Source: Eledone cirrhosa
Lineage: Eukaryota
Direction of reading: 5' to 3'
NCBI GenBank assembly: GCA_964016885.1
Contig: OZ024751.1
Span: 21,452,001 to 21,516,000 of the forward strand
Length of the DNA: 64,000 bases
The number at the start of each line of letters is the position of its first letter. Within the stretch, counting starts at the first letter, position 1. The translations under genes and the position numbers were made by a program. Below the pieces are notes generated by a model. That model was not told the DNA's origin, searched no databases, and was given only the letters and a program-made list of their open reading frames with translations. Below, one piece after another: positions 57,529 through 64,000 of the stretch.

Positions 57529-58013
57529 GCTTGAGATCGGTGTGGAAGTCGGACCTTCGTGAGGACCTGAAAATCCGCCTCTTCATTGCTGTAGTGGAGT
57601 CTGTGCTGCTGTACGGGTCTGAGACTTGGACACTGACCAAGAAACTCACTCAGATGGTGGATGGGTGCTACACGAGAATGCTTAGGATGGCTCTGAACAT
57701 TAATCAGTATACACTGAAGATGAAAAACTCAGAGCTGTATGGGAGCCTCCCAAAAATCAGCTCAAAAGTGACACAGAGGAGACTGAGGTTAGCTGGACAT
57801 GCTCACCGACATCCAGAGTTGACATTGCACTCAGTGCTCCTGTGGGAGCCCCTACATGGACACACTGGTAGAAGAAGACCAAGGTTAACATATGTTGATG
57901 CCCTAAGGACAGACACTGGTCTGTTGGAGACGCAGGACATGGCAGCGATAATGAGGGACAGAGACCGCTGGAGAGAACTCGTCCATGCATCTCTGGAATT
58001 TTACCCGCCCTAG
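57529..58013 (+). mobile_element. RTE-type LINE 3' fragment (family 1), open frame
   Basis: KIRLFIAVVESVLLYGSETWTLT..RRLRLAGHAHRH..LLWEP..RPRLTYVD. Confidence 0.92.
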
Positions 58014-58373
58014 AAAATACATATATATTGATTTATTATGCCTACGTAGTGAGTCTTACTGTGGAATTTCACTTACGTACTCGCAGGATCATCCATCATC
58101 TTGTTTGTGATCCCGCGAGTGCCTAGGTGAAACTCCAGAATAACAAGACACACAACTTAGTCATAATAAATGAATATTTAAACTCTACTTCGGTATTGAG
58201 TACTCTTTTTCTCATCAGTTAACTACATACGGTTATAGAGATGATCCCGCTTTAGACTGAAAGCAGGAATCGTTTTTTAAATATTTAATCTTTGCTAATA
58301 ATATGTTTTTACTCTACGGGTTTATATATACTTATATATATATATATGATATCACTGATTCTCTTTATTTCTG

Positions 58374-58409
<36 letters not shown>

Positions 58410-58453
58410 AAGTTAAATAAAAGTCAAATGATTAAAATCTAGCTTCGTTTATT

Positions 58454-58508
58454 ACTGCTATATATATTTCAGTGACAGCCATCTTTGGCTGTGACCTCTT
58501 CAGGCAGT
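58454..58508 (-). ncRNA. Type-I hammerhead motif (family I)
   Basis: ACTGC CTGAAGA GGTc ACAGCCA aaga TGGCTGT cACT GAA ATATATAT A GCAGT. Confidence 0.8.
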
Positions 58509-58818
58509 TTGAATTAGTATGGTATAGACAAGTACATATGTTGTTTAGGTGTATAATATTGTCAATACTCTGATATGCCCAGTTCCTTGTTGGGTTGTTA
58601 ATTCACTGAGGAACTGGAGTCATATGAATTCAAACAAACGAATTTCAGTGTCAAAGGTCCCCTTCTCTCATTGGTCAGTTATTAGAACATTCCTCATTCT
58701 AAGTGTTGTTATTGTTGGAGTAACCAAACCAACCTGCGCACTTCGTCGAGTGCTCCAGCCTGCATACTGAGGTGTTGGTATACAACCAACATAAACTCAA
58801 AATCTATATATATATACA

Positions 58819-58880
<62 letters not shown>

Positions 58881-58925
58881 ACACACACATTTTCATAAAC
58901 ACACTTCCACACACATATGTGTGTG

Positions 58926-58959
<34 letters not shown>

Positions 58960-58962
58960 TAT

Positions 58963-59156
58963 AGTTTTAATATAGATGAGATTCTACAGGACTAGAACTG
59001 TTTCATTCTTTAGAAATCATCAGGAATCCTGATGATTTCTAAAGAATGAAACAGTTCTAGTCCTGTAGAATCTCATCTATATTAAAACTTTTATACTCTG
59101 CAATGTATTGAGTACCTTACTTACTGTGGTTACCTCCGATTCAACCCGGAATAACG
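58963..59156 (+). mobile_element. Fold-back element family B in (TA)n
   Basis: Perfect ~62-bp inverted arms meeting at caggaatcctg; tail as in other copies. Confidence 0.85.
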
Positions 59157-59492
59157 TATATATATATATATATATATATTCATAAACGCACTCAGATATA
59201 TATCCTTCTTAATCTTTTCCCACACGTCATATGTTAATTGATGTACATGTTCCTGCAAAATGGTTATTTCAGACATAGAATCATCAAATCACAGTATATT
59301 CATCTTGGATAATTAATTAGGTAATAAACGCTACCTTTAATGGGTCTCTCTCTCTCTCTCTCACTCTCTCTCTCTCTCTCTCTCTCACACTACTTATATA
59401 TATATGTGTGTATGTATGTGTGTGTGTGTGTGACTGTGTGTGCCTGTACGTGTGACTGTGTGTGTATTTATATATATATATACATATCTGTA

Positions 59493-59538
<46 letters not shown>

Positions 59539-59544
59539 CACATA

Positions 59545-59691
<147 letters not shown>

Positions 59692-61809
59692 TTCCTGTAG
59701 CAGCTCCCTTCTTAGCACATCTGGAAATCACCAGGAAGTCGTAAAGCTTAGTGAGAGAGACATAAACATTCTTCTTTCTTTTCCTCTTTTTTTCCTTTCA
59801 AAAGAATGAAACATTTGTGCCGGGAGCCTCTATGAAGTCGATTGTCTTGCCAGAAATAACAGTCTAATTTCCCTCTAATCACACCTTACCGTCTTCACAA
59901 ATGATACGTTAGGTAATGTGATATCCAGGAGAGTAACCCCTAAAACACAGACTGTTTGGTGAGGACATGAACGCCTTTCATGATATATCAGCTCTATCAT
60001 CGTTGACCTAGCGATAAACAACAACAACAACAACAACAATAACAGCAACAATAACAGCAACAATAATAACAGCATCCACGATGACAACGACAATAACAAC
60101 AGCAACAATAACAACAGCAACAATAACAACAGCAGCAACAATACCATCAGCGAGGAAGAAAAAAGCCAAAAATGGCCCTCTACGTGGTCGCTGGACCTTC
60201 TAAAGACAAATCTCACTCAAATCACATTAAATAAAGATCGCATTAAACAAAGCAATCCACGACATACAAAAGCTGTGGATAATCACGACTGGAACGCCTT
60301 TGACAACCAATTTATTCGATCATTGATGACTTAGTACAGCAATAACAACAACCACAATAAATCTTCCATCTCTCATAAAACGTCATAACAACTCACCTCT
60401 CAAAATAGCTGACGAATTTATTAGCTGTTGTTAACGGATTTATTAATCAACCCGACTATAGCTGAAGACTCTTGCCCCAAGTGACCCCAAGGGCCCATGT
60501 GTCATGCAGTTGGACTAAACATCAAACCACGTGGCTGCAAAGTGAATTTTATTTTAACCCTACAGTCAATTATTTTCTTTGCTGTCTGAAGCTAGGTTTG
60601 TATGTGTCACACCTCTTTGCTTTGCTCTGCAATACGGAGTTTATACCGACTCCCAACAGTTCGATGGAAAATTGAATTATTTAATGTGTATCATGTGATG
60701 GGTGGCAAATTGACCGAGTCATTAGAACCTGCGTTTTCTGAGTTCAAATCACATCGAGGTCAACTTTACCTTTTATCCTTTCGAGGTACTGGATTCGATT
60801 CTGCTTTTACATATCGTTCTCTATCATTCTCGCTCTCTCCTTCTCTGGAAGATATTGACTCTGTTATGATCTGTAGATGAGATGGGACTCCACCAGGTTT
60901 AGAAATGCCCTAGAAACACCGTATAGAACTACAGCGTGCCTGCGACCTCACACGGAGTTGCGGGTCCAAAGAACATCATTTGCCGTTGGCTGTATGATGA
61001 TACGTTATGCAACTTTTTTCTTCATAAAACTTGTTAACAAATTTACGCAACTAGGTTGTTGGTTCCGGATATCTGTAACTAAAAATAGCAAGAAGGTAGC
61101 ATGTATGACATCGAATCTTGAAGAAGAAAAAAAAAACGAAAATTGTAAAAAATAATATTAAAAAATAAAAAAGACGCCCAGCAACGTCGAAATCATGACC
61201 CTTCAGTTGTCAGATCAGCATGTTCTCTCCAGATGTTATTGACCCAAAAAATAGTTTAGAGCAAGCTTTAAAGCATATTCTTATATAGAATTATATAACT
61301 ACATCTGGTCTTTGACTCTTATCAATACTATGTGTGGGCGGAAGCTGTCTCCAAGCCGTGTTTTTTGTCGTGTTTTTCTAGTAGTTTCTAGCTTATGACA
61401 CTATCTACAGCTATTCCATGCTGGGAATCTGCATAACTTTTCAAATCACGTTTTGAGATAAATAAATAATAAATAGAATTTAAAATATATACTTCTAAAT
61501 CTACATCACCATTCTCAGCTGTCTTTTATACTTGCTAGGGTGGTAGATTAACAGTATAAGGTGAGGGTGGAGAAGGAAGTGCATCTCCTCCATTACTTTT
61601 GTTAAAAGTTGGGTGAATGCAGCAAGGATGACTCAAGTGAATGGGATTGCTCTGACAATGCACCTGTTGGCTGCAGAATTTGGAGAGGAAGGGGCGTCCT
61701 CCTAGGGTGCTTTTGGAGAGTAGGGGTGGTTTATGATTGGTGGGGTTTCTAAGTTACCTCTGGGTGGTACGCCACTTTATTGGGGAAGAAATAACAATTA
61801 TTATTATCA

Positions 61810-61996
61810 GGATTGGCAGTATCGGTAGAGGGTCGGGCGCCATGCTTTGTAGCACAGTTACGTCCCTTTACAGACTCAGTTCAAATCCCGCCGAGGTTAA
61901 CTTTGCCTTTCATCCTTACGGGGTCGATAAAATAAAGTACCAGTAATACACTGGAATAATTGATGGCCTTGTGCCAAAAAGTCGAAACAATTATTA
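61810..61996 (+). mobile_element. Meta-like SINE
   Basis: Consensus match. Confidence 0.85.
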
Positions 61997-62099
61997 TCAC
62001 TTGACTCTGACCTATTTAAACGTGCTTAAATTTGCTCCGAGATCTTTCGATAATTTTTTAGTATAGCTGAAGGAAATGATTTTCATTTTGGATTATATT

Positions 62100-63470
62100 T
62101 TAGACACGAATTTTATTGAACTATTTAGAATTTTATCTCGTACCCATTCTATACTGCATTTATGCCTTGCTCTAAGTTTGAGACACCACTAGGATTCTTA
62201 ATTATCTGTTGTACATTCGTATCGTCAGCACAGCTAATGCAAATACCTGTTCATATAACCGAGAGCATGTGGCACCCCACTCAGAATTAACTGAGGACAT
62301 GTCTACGAGATCCATTGCAAACAACAGTGGTCTCAAGACAGTTCCATGTGGTACCCCACTCAGAATCAATGGACATGTCTGAGAGACCCACTTCGAACAA
62401 CAGTGGTCTCAAGACAGTTCCATGTGGTACCACACTCAGAATCAATGGACATGTCTGAGAGACCCACTTCGAACAACAGTGGTCCCAAGACAGTTCCATG
62501 TGGTACCCCATACAGAATCAATGGACATGTCTGCGAGAGCCACTTCGAACAACAGTGGTCTCAAGAAAGTTCCATGTGGTACCCCACTCAGAATCAATGG
62601 ACATGTCTGAGAGACCCACTTCGAACAACAGTGGTCTCAAGACAGTTCCATGTGGTACCACACTCAGAATCAATGGACATGTCTGAGAGACCCACTTCGA
62701 ACAACAGTGGTCCCAAGACAGTTCCATGTGGTACCCCATACAGAATCAATGGACATGTCTGCGAGAGCCACTTCGAACAACAGTGGTCTCAAGACAGTTC
62801 CATGTGGTACCACACTCAGAATCAATGGATATGTCTGCGAGAGCCACTTCAAACAACAGTGGTCCCAACACAGTTCCATGTGGTACCACACTCAGAATCA
62901 ATGGACATGTCTGAGAGACCCACTTCGAACAACAGTGGTCCCAAGACAGTTCCATGTGGTACCCCATACAGAATCAATGGACATGTCTGCGAGAGCCACT
63001 TCGAACAACAGTGGTCCCAAGACAGTTCCATGTGGTACCCCACTCAGAATCAATGGACATGTCTGAGAGAGCCACTTCAAACAACAGTGGTCCCAAGACA
63101 GTTCCATGTGGTACCCCATTCAGAATCAATGGACATGTCTGAGAGACCCACTTTAAACAACAGTGGTCCCAAGACAGTTCCATGTGGTACCCCACTCAGA
63201 ATCAATGGACATGTCTGAGAGACCCACTTTAAACAACAGTGGTCTGAAGACAGTTCCATGTGGCACCCCACTCAGAACCAACTTTTCCTTTGCAAGAATA
63301 CCATTGGCTATAACTTAAAATGTCACAGTCATTCTCTTCCTATTTTTCCAACTATATTAAGATCACGCTATTTGTTACAAACTATTCTATCTTCAATGTT
63401 ATCAAAGGACTTCATAAATCCGAGATATATTACATCCATATTTGACTGGTTAAACCTCTGTTTCCCCACC
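62100..63470 (-). mobile_element. Decayed CR1/L2-like LINE RT fragment hosting the 76-bp satellite
   Basis: Minus strand order: MDVIYLGFMKSFD..VIANG..VLSGVPHGTVLGPLLF (repeated)..CADDTNVQQII, i.e. consecutive RT motifs. Confidence 0.8.
62267..63277. repeat. 76-bp tandem repeat x13 with 228-bp higher-order period
   Basis: atgtggtaccccactcagaatcaatggacatgtctgagagacccacttcgaacaacagtggtctcaagacagttcc; variants recur every third unit. Confidence 0.97.
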
Positions 63471-63863
63471 CAGACATAAGACTTCCGTCCGGGAAGATGT
63501 TTCCTTACACGATTTTATTTCCCGGGAGGAAACTTTGCTGGGTGTCAGTTAACAAATTTTTATCTTTATTTATTTTGATTTTGATTTTGATTTTTATAGA
63601 AACGGGATCAGTTTCACTCTTATAATTCACTCCATGAATATATATATATATATATATATGTATATATTTGTATGGATGAACCCGTAACTTCTAGTTGAGT
63701 CGTCCTAAGAGCGCTATGGCTATTTCCCAATCTCCCCTCCTCCTCATCTTCCCCCTTTCCTTCCTCTTCCTTTTTGATTTATACACATGGGCAAACACAT
63801 ACACAAACACACATACACACACATACATACATACATACATACATACATACATACATACATACA

Positions 63864-63895
<32 letters not shown>

Positions 63896-63942
63896 CATAT
63901 ACATATACATACATACATACATACATACATATACATATACAT

Positions 63943-64000
<58 letters not shown>

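Noticed and set aside
62346-63218. 290-aa repeat protein or CRISPR array
   Set aside because: The open frame is a by-product of the 76/228-bp satellite; the meaningful reading is the antisense RT motif; no spacers.

Overview
AT-rich, microsatellite-saturated animal genomic DNA; the SINE and microsatellite landscape suggests an octopus (inference). Two host genes lie on the minus strand: a CHST15-like (GalNAc4S-6-O-sulfotransferase) gene with seven coding exons at 12787-19178 that splices to 401 aa, and an uninterrupted 1025-aa Pro/Arg-rich repeat protein ORF at 3708-6785. The rest is retroelement debris: tRNA-derived SINEs, RTE, R4/Dong-like, CR1/L2-like and Penelope fragments, and two satellites that arose inside dead RT genes. 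The most striking signal is a dense population of short non-coding elements, in about nine sequence-distinct families, each carrying a type-I hammerhead-ribozyme fold. Many are arranged as fold-back (tail-to-tail) duplications inserted in (TA)n or (TG)n tracts. They show stem covariation, the compensatory U3-A8 core variant and a shared mismatch at the base of stem II. They are probably non-autonomous relatives of Penelope-like elements. Folds were read by eye; coordinates of repeats are approximate to a few bases.
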